Assembly: GCA_973895155.1 (NCBI GenBank)
Contig: OZ316897.1
Location: forward strand, 2,929,416-2,993,415
Direction of reading: 5' to 3'
From: Marsupella aquatica
Lineage: Eukaryota; Plantae; Marchantiophyta
DNA length: 64,000 nucleotides
Part shown: piece after piece, positions 38,621 to 50,878 of the stretch
Numbering within the stretch: the stretch's first letter is position 1
Layout of the letters: each line of letters opens with the position of its first letter
Translations under genes and position numbers: made by a program
Notes under the pieces: generated by a model
What the model saw: only the letters and a program-made list of their open reading frames with translations
Databases searched by the model: none
What the model was told of the DNA's origin: nothing

Positions 38621-40232
38621 TGCTGCAGGACTGGATAGACAAAGGTCCAGTGAAGACAATCTGCTCATAGACGCTGTCTTCCTCGTCCCAAATTCTTCCT
38701 GTTCCTCCATGAACTTTCACAGATTATCCTCCATGTCTCTCTAGCATCCATGGCAAACAGTTGGCCAGTGGCAAGTGAATGCAATCCACATACAATGTAT
38801 CAAAATCTGTTTTATTTTTATTTTTAAAGGGGCACAAAAGCCGTCAATAACTCGCAAGGGGGCGAAGGCCACCCAAGAAGGAAACAAACAGGGCCCAGCG
38901 AACAGCCAGCGGCCCCAATCTAATCAGGCCACTTAAGCCGACAATTCCACCACTCAGTACTCTCGTCAAACTTCTTATACTTCTTCTCCTTACCATGTCT
39001 CTCTTTCTTGGTCATCCAAGACTCACTAAAATTCTGATTATGAGGGTTTCTGTCCCTATTGGTTCTAATCCTCCAGTCCCAAGGACCGCAACTCCTGCTT
39101 CTCTGTCCACTGTTGGTCCTATCCTCGTTGTCGTTTCTACCCTGACGGCTCTGTTGTTGTTTATCGATCTTCTCCTTCATCCAGGTTCATGGCAATCGGA
39201 ATCTCTAATGTCTTGATTCCATGGTTCAAGAACCAAATGAAGCTGGGTAATAGCCAGTCGCAGTTGTTTTATTTTCCGCTCAGAGGTACTAACATCCAGC
39301 ATGGCTTGGAGGCTTTTCTCAGCTTGTCTTAGCACCACCCAACTAGGCACTCTTCCCAGAAAATGGGAATAAGTCGCCTCATTCCTCTCTTGCCAGTTCC
39401 TGAAGCACATCTCAGTGACCAGGACTATCATTCCAGGTTTTCTCTTTTGCTTCTGTATGGCCTCCTGCACAATGTCATAGAGTGATCCATGTGGGATTTT
39501 GATCGAGTTATGCCCCTGCAGCTTGTCTTGCAGAGATCTCCATCGCTCCCTGACAGGTCTGCAACTGAAGAACAGGTGCTCGGTGGTTTCAACGGCCTCC
39601 TTGCATCGATCACATTTACCATCAGAGACCCCCCCAGTTTTTGGCTCTCCCAAATGTATCAAAATCTGTTGATTGCGAGCCTTACCAAATTTGCCAAAAA
39701 AAAAGCACTGTGTCGAGCGCAAAAATCTTTGCTGCAGGACTGGATAGACAAAGGTCCAATGAAGACAATCTACTCATAGAAGCTGTCTTCCTCATCCCAA
39801 ATTCTTCTTGTTCCTCCATGAACTTTCATAGATTATCTCTGGAGCCATGTCTCTCTAGCATCCATGGCAAACAGTTGGTCGGTGGCAAGTGAATGCAATC
39901 CACATACAATGTATCAAAATCTGTTGATTGCGAGCCTTACCAAATTTGCCAAAAAAAAGCACTGTGCAAAAATCTGTGCTGCAGGACTGGATAGACAAAG
40001 GTCCAGTGAAGACAATCTGCTCATAGAAGTTGTCTTCCTCATCCCAAATTCTTCTTGTTCCTCCATGAACTTTCATAGATTATCTCTGGAGCCATGTCTC
40101 TCTAGCATCCATGGCAAACAGTTGGCCAGTGGCAAGTGAATGCAATCCACATACAATGTATCAACATCTGTTGATTGCGAGCCTTACCAAATTTGCCAAA
40201 AAAAAGCACTATGTTGAGCGCAAAAATCTGTG
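38621..40232. repeat. Triplication of an ~250-bp unit carrying the 5' end of transposase 2; copy 1 is split by a LINE
   Basis: tgctgcaggactggatagacaaaggtcc... starts at 38621, 39730 and 39977. Confidence 0.92.
38812..39652 (-). mobile_element. 5'-truncated L1-type LINE (841 bp): zf-RVT C-terminus of ORF2, 3' UTR and A-rich tail
   Basis: CCHC motif CDRCKEAVETTEHLFFSC and W-ERN motif (NWQERNEATY). T-rich run at 38812-38825. 18-bp TSD aatgtatcaaaatctgtt at 38794-38811 and 39653-39670. Confidence 0.93.
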
Positions 40233-42684
40233 CACGACATCAATGTTTTGTTTTGGCTGTTTCTGAAGTCCTGCCATGGAATTTTTTAATTAACACCTGG
40301 TTCAAACCACTGGTTATAGTATGGAGGCCAACTTTTGGGGGGTGTGGGTGGGGATGAGCAAAGAGTGTTGTTGGCCCGTCCCTTCAGACCTGAAAAAGCA
40401 CAAGGCGATATTTGGCAAACGGGTGGAGATTGTCTACCAACATTGCATTCCTATGTCTGCAAATATTCTTCAAAAGGAAAGTCCTAGCCTTGTAACCCTT
40501 GGATCTTTGTCACCTTAGGGTCCGCTACATATCTTTAGCAACAATGCAAACCCTTCAGCATTCCTAGCCTGCTTCAAACGCTGCCTGATAGTTTGTAGAA
40601 GAGAACTTTTTGATCTATTTATTAGAAAGGGGACAAGGCCCCACAATTTTATTCAGAAGGGGAGAGACAAAAACCTCAAACCCTTGACAAAAACCAATCA
40701 ATCAGAGACAAGAACCTGGATCCAAGGATAGATAGAGCTGGCGAAAGTTCAGAGCCACATACTACAGTGGACTTAGAATCCTGCTCAGAATGTAAAAGAA
40801 AGGTTACTTTGTCTCAACCTCCACATTGCAGAAATGGCATAAATATACTGGGTAGTTTGAGCACCTTGCATGTCCAATTAATATGTCTCATGCCATGATT
40901 GTTCTTATTTATTATATCTGGAAAAGGCAATGGTGCCTGAGTTTAGGGTTTAAAGGGTTACTGTCCTTGACAAAATTGGATCCACCAGGTTTCACTATTT
41001 TTAGAACCATTTTCCTAAAATTGTGGAACTAAGTCTCATCCTAGAGAAGAAAAATGTGAAAAAGTGAAAAATCTTGGACACTTTTCTTTTTATATGGACA
41101 GTGGTGTCTGTGGCTCTTCAGCAGGCCCAGGCTTTAACCCTACTTCATAGGGCTGAGGTAGTTGGTTTTAGGGCCTCCCGTCAGGTTCCGCTTCGGGACC
41201 CTCCTTTGCGGTTTACTCCGGAGCTCTACCAGGCTTTTCAATTCTCCACTCAGTAGGGTGTTAGCCTTCACGGCTACTTGTAGGTTACTTTTTTGTCGGC
41301 TTTTGGGTTAGGAACCCCTTGGCTTGTTTTTTCTTGGAGCCCTTTCCCCTCTTTTCCTCCCCTTCATTGGGTTGCTTTGCCTTTCGGTTCTTGTCTCCAG
41401 GTTTGGTGTTTTTGCCCTTGGGCAGTGTGATATATACAGTGGTGGTTTAAATCAATACCTCCCTTTAGAGAAAACCATATGGGGAAGAGAAAACATCCTC
41501 AAGGAGCCAGAACTAAAGCAACTAACTGAAAACCAGAGCTCCAGCCGGCACCCATAGAAAACCAAAGGCGACCAAGGCTAACACCCCCTTAGGTGAGTCA
41601 TGCCATGTTAGCCACAGGCCCATCATACTAAAACACATGTAGATCTAGCATAACCTACCTCTACTGCCCCTTTTGTCAATGATCCAGCTGTAGGGTCACA
41701 AGTTAACTTTGATGTTATTAGAGAGAATGACCTGCCATTGGTATGGATTTGCCTTCTGGATATTAAGCCTTAGTCTGCTGGCAGCTGGGAATTGGGAAAA
41801 TTGTGTATTAGGGTCCTAAATGGGAGGAGTTGTTTTCTGGAGGAGGTAAGTGTCGTAAAGAGATGTGAGAGGAGAAGTACGTTTCAAGAGATGTGAAGCT
41901 TTCCACACCATAAGGGTTAAGCTTAGGATTCAGAAGAGCACACAATGGATTCAAATCTACACGTATACAATATCAAGCATATGCTATTTCCTCCTACTGT
42001 CTTGAGTGAAGCCTTTGGACTGTGATTCTGGGGTATAATTGAGTGGGGGTGCAACAGTGGGGACAAGTCATAAATGAATTTGAATAATAACAATTTTTTT
42101 TCTTGCAAGGTGTTGTACGTACTCGCTATATTTAGGTTTGAAAGAACGGGTAATCATGCTAATTGTAAATAATTGGAGTCAAAGGGCCGTGACAGTTACA
42201 GTGGAGAGGTGGAATAGGATGAGGTCTGGAGCTGATGGGTCGCTACTGAATATTTAGTCAAAGGGTAGTGCCTGATATAGGGAGAGGCAGATTGGTCCAA
42301 ATGACAGTTTCTCAAGATTTTTGAGGGTGCAGATATGGTCGAAGCTCAGGGAACATTTCATGGGTGTCTGCCGGTCTGGGGTTGGGCACACTGAACTGGG
42401 CGCCTACTGTAGTTTCCATGATCGAAGGGGAGTGGTGGTGGGGTATGTCACTCCCAAAGGCAACCTCCACCAACCTGTTGACGACGAGTCACCCTCAATA
42501 GCAGCCTACAGACCACCTGTAGACGCCGCATCAACGTTCCATATCTGAGCTTATGCGAGCCTTATCTGAGCCGTCCATCCGCGTCCGACAGTGAACCGTG
42601 ATCAGTTTAATTTTCGAAGCCTGGTTACCATTGGTTACCTGGCAGTTGGTACGGCGTAAGCCGAGTGCAGGAGTGCTGGTAACT

Positions 42685-42753
42685 AGACCGTTGAGCACCA
42701 GCTTCGGCTCCGAGCCACCGAGGTGGTGTTTTACGCTCGCGACGAACTAACGG
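42685..42753. promoter_or_regulatory. Two MSA-like (MYB3R-binding, AACGG core) elements
   Basis: AGACCGTTG at 42685-42693 and CTAACGG at 42747-42753, in the GC-rich region upstream of the 43461 gene. Confidence 0.45.
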
Positions 42754-43460
42754 CTCTGTGTCGAGGCCCGGGAGCCCGAGCCTAGATTCGAATTTCCTCC
42801 CATAAGAAGAGCAGAGGAAACGCCAATGTCGAGCGCATTCTTCAACCTCTCTCGTAGACGTTCCCCTGTCTCGCGAGCTCGCGTCGAGGAACGGCGGACG
42901 GTGTGAAACACTAAGCGACTTGAAGTGAGTGGTGAGAATGCGCAGTCCTTCGTCTGTGGATATTTGGCTGCTCGATTCTTAGAAGTCGATTGAACGGGAT
43001 TGTGTACTGTCGCGCTCTGAGCGTTTGTTGATGTATCGTCCATCGCGCTTGTACTTGCTCATTGTTAGGTGTTTTGCTTGCGTACTCGGAGCTAGGACAT
43101 TTCTGTATACCAATTTCAGGAGCGCCCGATCGATACATTTGTGTACTCTGTGAATTCAAGATTAGTAAGGCGTATGCTGGCCTATGTTTCTTAGCTCACG
43201 TTGTCCAGCAATGCAGTTTTCGGAGGCATCAACTCGTGTATCGGTCGTTGCAATTGGTTCTGCTGTAACCCTTACAGCTGCTGTAACGCTTATGTCAGTA
43301 GATTGTAGAAAGTTTTCTTGTCGTAGCTCATGCAATCACTAACAGTCTTCATGGACTCAGTATGAACAGAAGATACACCCCACCGATGTCGAACTGGAAT
43401 TCGCATATTGATCGACTGTTCTCCTTTGTTGTTTCAGGTTCGGAGACTTACTTTGGAACA

Positions 43461-45100
43461 ATGGACTACGGACGTCTGAATCGGAAAGAATTGCAAGCGC
43501 TGTGCAAGGAGCACGGTGTCCCAGCGAACAAGACCAATGTATTCATGGCGGAGGCCCTCGGTGCATTGCTCAACGTAAGAAGCACTCCGCGTTGTCTTGG
43601 ACTGACTTGCTATCCTCCAGTTCTGAATAACCGCCGTAAAATAGATATTCCTGCTGAAGCGGGGACATCTTTGATAGACTGCGGAATCTGGATTTGAATG
43701 TATTTCGAACATTCTGTTTTATCTGTTACTTCCGCTCTCACACCGAACGATTTTTTGCAGGGATCTAAGGACAGTGAGGAGGCGATGGAGCCCATCCAAG
43801 ACCCTGCGGAGGTCGTCAAATCGAGAGCAAATTTAAAGCGGGCTGCAAGGTCCAAGAAGGCCGCTGAACCTGTGTTGGAAGCAAGTGAAGTGGATAACCT
43901 TGCATCCGAATTTGCAAAGAGCTCCCTTGACGTAGTTCGTCTGGAGGACAATGATAGGGGTGCAATCCTAGAAGCTGCTGCCGTAGATGTCGATGAGGCT
44001 TTGACAACGGTGATGGATCCGCCAGAGCTCTCCCGAGAGCCTGACATTGTGGCTGAGCCAGCCAAGGTTCTGAGAAAGGCTCGTACGCAATCAGCAAAGG
44101 CGAAGACGAAGTCCTTGAGCTCTCTGATTGATGCCGCACCAGCTTTGGTTGAGCCTACACTGGAAGTGGTGCTCCCCGTGGAGAATAGCATCGATCCTCT
44201 TACTACTGCTGAGGCTGAATTGTCTCGTTGCTTCACTCGACGAGTATTGAAGGTGATCGAACGGAAGCAGAGTGGAACTGATACTTTGGAATTGAAGTCA
44301 GCTACCCTTGAGAGTATTGTACCGTCTGAGGAAGACACACTCTCGACAAATTTGTCTCCACCTGCCGAAATTGTAGACGAAGAAACTGCGGGCTCAGCCA
44401 TATCAAAGAAGGTGAAGGCGAAGCGCAAAAAGTCAAAGAAGGTGAAACCCGTCTCAACTACCAATGTCGATGTCCTGGAAGATGGTATTTCCGCCCCCAC
44501 TATTGACAGTAAGTCTGGCACAGTGTCTGAGATACCTGAATCTCCGACACTTGGGTTAACATCTGATGTGATTACCGCCCAGGAGATCCAAAGGGAAGCA
44601 AGCATGAGTCCGGCACCTGGGGATGAAGCGTTCGAGTTTCACCCAGTTCCTGAGTCTTTCGCTGAGATTATGACTCCCGGTCACCCCCTTGTGGAGGCGA
44701 CCAAGGAATGTCACCACAGGGTGAGCAGGAGGACGGGCAAGGGGTGTAAATCTTGCGCATCCATTAAGAAAGTTGTATCTCTAACCCAGGAGGTCCTCCA
44801 AGCCATCGAAGTTCCGAAAGTTCAGACTGTACCCCTGGTGGAGGACACTGAAGTCCATACCACTCCTGTCAAACAAGGCGACGACAAGGAGAATGCCCTC
44901 AAGAACATTGATCTTCACAGTTTAAGCATCCGAAAGCTACAGAAAGAAGTTAAGAGAGGGCTGTCCAAGAGGAACAACAGCAAGGTCAAAGTGTAAACTG
45001 ATTCTTGGTAGTTTTCTCAGAAGGATGGATCGGTCTTACATAAAGACCTTACAGAGTCAATATCTGCGTAAAAGAGGACTTTTCGCAGGCTGAACAGTAA
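43461..45100 (+). CDS. Plant protein with an N-terminal SAP/NuSAP-like helical domain and a disordered acidic body (~450 aa); exons 43461-43574, 43761-44984, probably 45089-45100 (alternatively stop at 44996)
   Basis: MDYGRLNRKELQALCKEHGVPANKTNVFMAEAL, then a phase-0 intron (43575-43760) into ORF 43698-44996. C-terminal DKEN...DLHSLSIRKLQKEVK. Likely 5'-UTR intron at about 43166-43437. Confidence 0.85.
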
Positions 45101-48100
45101 AGCGGTATGGATGTTTGATACCAAAAGGTAACTAGAAGGGGAATGTAATAGCAACTGTGACCGGATATTTTTGTGTTCACTCATGTGTGTAATATAATCT
45201 TGGAGATCCCAATTTTCATTTCCTATTTCGTTTCATGTCAGACGCATCCAATTTGTATCAGGAAGTGTTAATGTACTGCAATAACATTGTCGACATCTCT
45301 TCTGATGCGTTTAGGTAAACCTTCTTACTATCAGAACTGGCTGAAGTGCAACGAATCGCATACTTCTTTCTGTCGGATTAGATGCATAGCATTGATAGTC
45401 GGTTTTCAATGTGTATCCTTGGGAGATTTGCTTGTGTCCGATGGCAATGGACAAGTTTCTTCCTCTCAGTTCTTCCACTCGGTCCTGTCTTCTTGCTTAG
45501 ATTCTACCTGGTGGTTGGCCGCCTATGTTGATGCGTGCCTGATGTCTGCCATGTACTGTCTTGCTGCCACGTCGGCTAGTGCCTCCTCCGTGGTGAACTC
45601 TTAGCACGGACATGTGCACGCTAATAGATGATTTCCAGTCACCTCGACGAGCAGATTTTCTCACAACGATTCAAAGATTGAGATGAGTTTTTGCATATTG
45701 GTCACTAATGGTGTTGAATCTTGATTCGAATTGGACAAACCCTAAAGGCTCTCACCAACAGTGAGCATGAAGGAATGAGAACTACCAAAGAAGCTAACAA
45801 TTCTATCTGAGGCAAGGTGTTTGTATTTGTTTCGGCATAAAACTTGGACCCGATCCTTTAATGTGAAGAGACAACCATGGCTTGAAGGTTGGAAAGAAGC
45901 AATTTCTCGAAAGCATACCTGATTGACGACTTTCTTGGTTTTAATACATGCCTGCTCCTCTCCCCTCGTTGCTGCTTCCAGTGTGCTTCCAGACTTATCA
46001 TGGCCTTCCACTTTAGGCCCTCCGCCATTTCATCTTTGTATTTTTCAGAGCATTTCTGGAGAAAAAATGTGCACTGAAGAAGATTTGGTCAACTCATTAT
46101 AAGTACTGTCCTGCACTTTTACTAAAATTAGGTAAATAGTAAGAGGTATTAATCAATATTTAATTTATACTACTTTCAGTTAAGGTGAAGGAGAAGTTTT
46201 ATAATGCCCGAAACCAAATCGGGACTCTGCATTCTTTTCTATAAAGTACCGAACCTTGCAGAGTGAATATGACAAAGGGTGAAGTCTTCCTAAAAGGGAA
46301 TTCGAAATAAAATGTGAAAGGCAGGCTTCTCATTTCTTTAATTCTTACAGGGAGCACTTCAAATAATACTTTCAAGTGCATTATGCTCTCCTGATAGTTT
46401 TGCTTGATAAAATCTATCCAGTTTAAACTTAATTTATTTTGGGAAGTTTTGGAAATATTCTGATATATATCTTTGCTTTCTATAAATTAAGGGGTCCAGA
46501 AAACACGCTTCCAATGTTTCAAGCATCTATACTTCTAAAGAAACTGGCTTAAGACATCAGGTTCTTGACATATAACAAAACTTAATAGCATGTTACTAGG
46601 ATGTGATTAATTTTGTCCATTCATCCTTTTGTTCACAACTCCATTATTGCACTACTCTATCATTTGTGATCTTTTTGGCCTGACACCTCATAGTTTAGAA
46701 AGGACCTGACTGCATGAGAAATAAACAGGAACAAAAACTTTGCGCCTGGCTAAAACCCACAAGAAGAGAGTGATTGCCACTGACTCACCAATGTTCCAAG
46801 CAGTCTGGACTGCCATAGACAAATATCTTTAGTAATCCCCAAACCATCTGCCCATATAGCATGCTCGAACATGTTTGCTTATTTGTCTTGTAGTGATTCT
46901 CTTTCAACGTAGAATACTTTCTCACTTGAAGAAGACAATTACATTAACTATTGTACTGTGGGTACAATATTAGTTGAAAGAGAAATAAGTGAACTTTGTA
47001 ACCTTTAATTTTGAGCTGTATTTTTAGGGGCTCTTTATTCAGGTGACACTTATTGATGTATAAACCATAACTATTATAAAGTTATCAACCAATGGGGATA
47101 TAAGTTACAGTACATCCAAATGTTGAGTTCTAGTTGCCGTGTTGAGCCTGGTGGAGAGTGTCTCCTCTTCAGAAATAAGGACCAATTGAGCAGAGAAAGT
47201 ACAGTAGTAAAAAGATCAACATTTACTCTAAATTACTTGACTGAAACTAAGGCATTTAGAAAATTAAGGGTGTTAGAAGAAATTACTAAATTTGACATAA
47301 TACAAAACAAAAGCCGAGACTAGGTCAAATGCATAATTAGACTAGGTCAAATGCATAATTATAAAAATACATGACAAGCAACATGAATAAGACAAGACAA
47401 CCAAAAGGTGTTCCGCCATACAGCAGCCTAAAAAAAAAACCCATATGAAGAAAACAATGCCAACCTAAACCCAAACCCATGACAAAAGAACAATCATGCC
47501 TAAAACCCACGAGATAGTTGCAACACTCAACCACACAGAACATGATTTGCCTCTAGAGTTGTCATCCTGATTTGTCAGTGTAAGAAATATATATCAAACT
47601 GACTTGCATTTTGGATATTGACTTCCACTTTACATTAGATGATTCACTATATTTTTAATGTCAATGTGATTGTATATCCAATATTTTAGGTGAACTTTGT
47701 CGACCAAATGTCATAGAAGTGCCATCAACTAGATGTAGATATTTGGACTGATCTATTCTACTGTAAATATCAAAATGACCCAAAATGATTTTAATTAGTG
47801 AATGATGTACTCTTTGTGCTCCAGTGTGTGCTGTATGTGTAGCTGGCCAACAAGAAGCTAGCCTTAAGACAACACATTCTCTAGCCTTGGAACTAGCCTC
47901 AATATTGATTTATGATTTGAAGCTGTCTAATTAAGCTTTAGATGAACCAAAATCTAGGAAGCCTACAATCTAGAGTGATGTGTCACTTGTTCTTTTGATT
48001 TTCTATGTTGGCCTGCAGGAAGTAGCACCAACCAACAAATCAAAATTGATTTTAGGAGTAGCAAGGACGTAGAGGAAGTAAGTAGGAAGGGGAGTTTTAT

Positions 48101-48360
48101 TCCTTTCCCAATTCATCCTAGGGAAGTACTTAGGAGTAGCAAGGATGTAAAGGAAGTAAGTAAGCCGGTTACTATTCAAATAGTGCACATTTCAATAAAT
48201 GATTGATGGGTTGTTTAGATTTATATTCTTTGAGAGGGGGTGGTTTGACAGGGGCGTTTGCAGCACTATTCACAGAGGGCATACAACCCAAGGCTTGGGG
48301 GTACCTTCACTGATAACTTTATCACCATACATGTCTGTAACGTAGTCAATTATGCAATTA

Positions 48361-50028
48361 CTAGCCCGATGCCTTGCGTTGCACGAAAGATGTCAAGGAG
48401 AGAAAAGCTGTCAAGGTGAGCAAAAGATGTTGAGGTGATAGAAGATGTCAAGGAGAGAAAAGATGTCGAGGTGATAAAAGATGTCGAGGTGAGAAAAAGA
48501 TGTCAATGTGAGATTGAAAAGAACATTGAGGTGAAGAAAAGTTGTCAAGGAGAGAAAACATGTCAAATAATATGATAAAAAGTTGTTGAGGAGATAAAAT
48601 TAAAGATGTCAAGATGAGAAAAATATGTCGAGGCGAGGAAAATTGCCAAGTCAAGGCAAAAATATTGAGGCAAAGCATGTCCCAAGGTGCTATAATTGTG
48701 AAAGCAATGTTGTGGGCAAGGGTGAGAGCATGGGAGGGAACGCAAGACAAAGCGACGGCTGGGGTGTTACGGGGTCAAGTGAGGTTGCCCTCTGCTATAT
48801 GGAGGGAGAGAAACTCACTTTTTTTTCCCTTTTTCCTTCAGTCTCCTCTAATGTGCCCTACCTTTCTCCTCGCCTTTCTCTCCTTCCAGTCTCCCATCCT
48901 GGCTCTTTGGCACCCTCCCTCCCCCTTCCAATATGATTAAGAAAGAGAAGAAGAAACAACATGGAGCAAAAGATAAATGATCTCTCAGAAAAATGAAAAT
49001 TTATCTTCTCCTTAACAAAAGTAAATAAATAAATCTGATACCAACCTAATGCACATGTCATTCTTGAAAGTATTTAGCCAGCACATGTATTTTGTAAATA
49101 CTTACTTTAGAAGCAAAAATATCCATGGTATTCACTTCCATAGGAGATCCCTTTTCACTCAATCCAAGGATGTCAAAATCATTGAAATATATCTGATGGT
49201 ATTGGTTTGTTCCTCCCTTTTCCACTTTTGTAGATTGCACTAACTCTTTGAGATGAGATAGTTTTTTATAATGTGATCTGAAATAAGACATATAGACGAA
49301 CCCATTCCCTAACTTGCATTGCACATTTGTCATTACAACCATTTCATTGTTACAACTATTTCATTGTTACAATCATTTATCACTCTGGCCATTTAGTCTT
49401 GGGGCCATTTTATTCTTAAGGCCATTGTGTCTTTGGTCAATAAGGTTATTGCAATTAAAGAATTTAGAATTGAATGTTAATGTAACTTGGAAAAAGTACT
49501 TGATAGAGATTAGAAAAGAACATTTTTTTTATCTACTCCTAGTACACTTAATTTTTTTCACTTTCCTATAAACCATCCCTTTTGAACTCATGACTTAATT
49601 TGTATTGAACTTTGTCTATACTTTTTACTTTAAGTGAATGGGGCAATCATGTGGGCTCTACTTAGAGTGGGGTCTACTCAGATTTTCTTGTCCGACCCAT
49701 CTACCCATGATAGCCACATGTAGAATCACACTCAATTCCCAATGACCTTTTTCTAGATGTTTGTATATGAGTCTAGGTGAGGTGTGGATGTAAGCCCATC
49801 AGTGCCTCAGGTTAGGACAAACTCTTTATTCTTCCTTACACAGATCTGATGGGCAGGGGAACTTAACTTTTAAATCCAATGGTCATAATGAGTTTCCTCC
49901 AAAAATGTCTTTTGTAAGTAGACATTGAGCACAAAAAGGCGGGATTGTATCTTATAGTGAGTAGATAGATGAGTAGATAATCTTATCCTCATCCATGGGA
50001 AACCAAAACGGTAATTAGTATATATAGA
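48361..50028 (-). mobile_element. Non-autonomous Helitron, family A (~1.67 kb)
   Basis: Minus-strand 3' end cgtgcaacgcaaggcatcggg-CTAG|T, preceded by ~19-bp aaagatgtcaaggtgag repeats (48387-48660). Candidate 5' end A|TCtatatatactaattac at 50028. Confidence 0.7.
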
Positions 50029-50503
50029 TTGAAGTGAAAAGGGTAACTAAGACACAATACAAGTACATCACAGAAAGGGACAGAAGTCAGAGAATTTAGG
50101 GAAGGAGCTGATAGATGTATAATCTTATCTTGTGTACTAGATCATATGAGGTGCAGATAGGGCTCCACGTCTCTCCCCACCCCACCAAAAACAAGAAAGC
50201 ACCAAGACAGCACTCAGAAACCAACGTGAAAAACAGCTCAAACCTCAATAATGGAAAATAGCCACCCCATCCAAAGTAATATGATTAAAAAACTAAATAG
50301 AAATTAAAGAAAAACCCAAAGAAATCTGGCTCCCGCTTCCTTTATCTAAAGTGGAGCAGAGCTTGTGGAACTATTTATTAACAAAGAAAGGCGAGGGGAT
50401 CCTGCCTCCCCACCCTCTTTCAGATGTACCATATGTTATTCTAAACAAATAATAAATGAAAAACCGGTCAGAGATTAAAAACAACCTCAAGTTAAAGGCG
50501 TAT

Positions 50504-50878
50504 AAACATTGCAAAAAAATCATGTTAGGTATGATGTTTGGCTGATGTTCTGATGTTGGGGCGAGCTCTGATTGGACCTCCAACCTAATATGCACTGTAG
50601 TTTGGATCGCTTGCCTTTGAGAGTTTGGATCGCTTGCCTTTGAGATCTTGTCTTGAGGCCAACACTCTAGCGGATTCGCCTGGAACTGAGAGATCCCCAT
50701 TTCCGTTCAAGACCCCAAAAGAAATAAAAAAGAAAAAAAACATTGTAAAAAATTCATGTTAAGTAAAGAGCTGATGTTCTGATGTTGCGGCGAGCTCTGA
50801 TTGGACCTGCAACCTAAAATGCACTGTAGTTTGGATCGCTTGCCTTTGAAATCTTGTCTTGAGGCGAACACTCTGAGC
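50504..50878. repeat. Direct repeat, two copies of ~140-170 bp, the first with an internal 23-bp duplication
   Basis: aaacattg...gctgatgttctgatgttg.ggcgagctctgattggacct...gtttggatcgcttgcctttga.atcttgtcttgagg at 50504 and 50738. Confidence 0.88.

Larger units (their letters stand above)
33930..38734 (-). pseudogene. Second PIF/Harbinger transposase (Plant_tran type) in three pieces: 38734-38255, 34791-34456, 34233-33930
   Basis: With frameshifts it reads HGGSRP-KAANLDRRRVKGAEDLYNDYF...FKRRYRM...GLSPHQK...DAIDEYCRIAESTALESL-FVRAIIYLY|EPVYLQKP...FLGMFGSLGCMHWEWK-PVAWHGQY...SLILEA...LWIWHVFFGLAGGNNEINVVDRS...VNGVDYNQAYLLVDGIHPKWAMF...QEGARK-DVE-FGVL...VILHNIIWED. Confidence 0.9.

Noticed and set aside
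43610-44605. 331-aa antisense ORF, and the antisense ORFs over GH3 and NPF
   Set aside because: These are shadow frames of real genes with no independent motifs.
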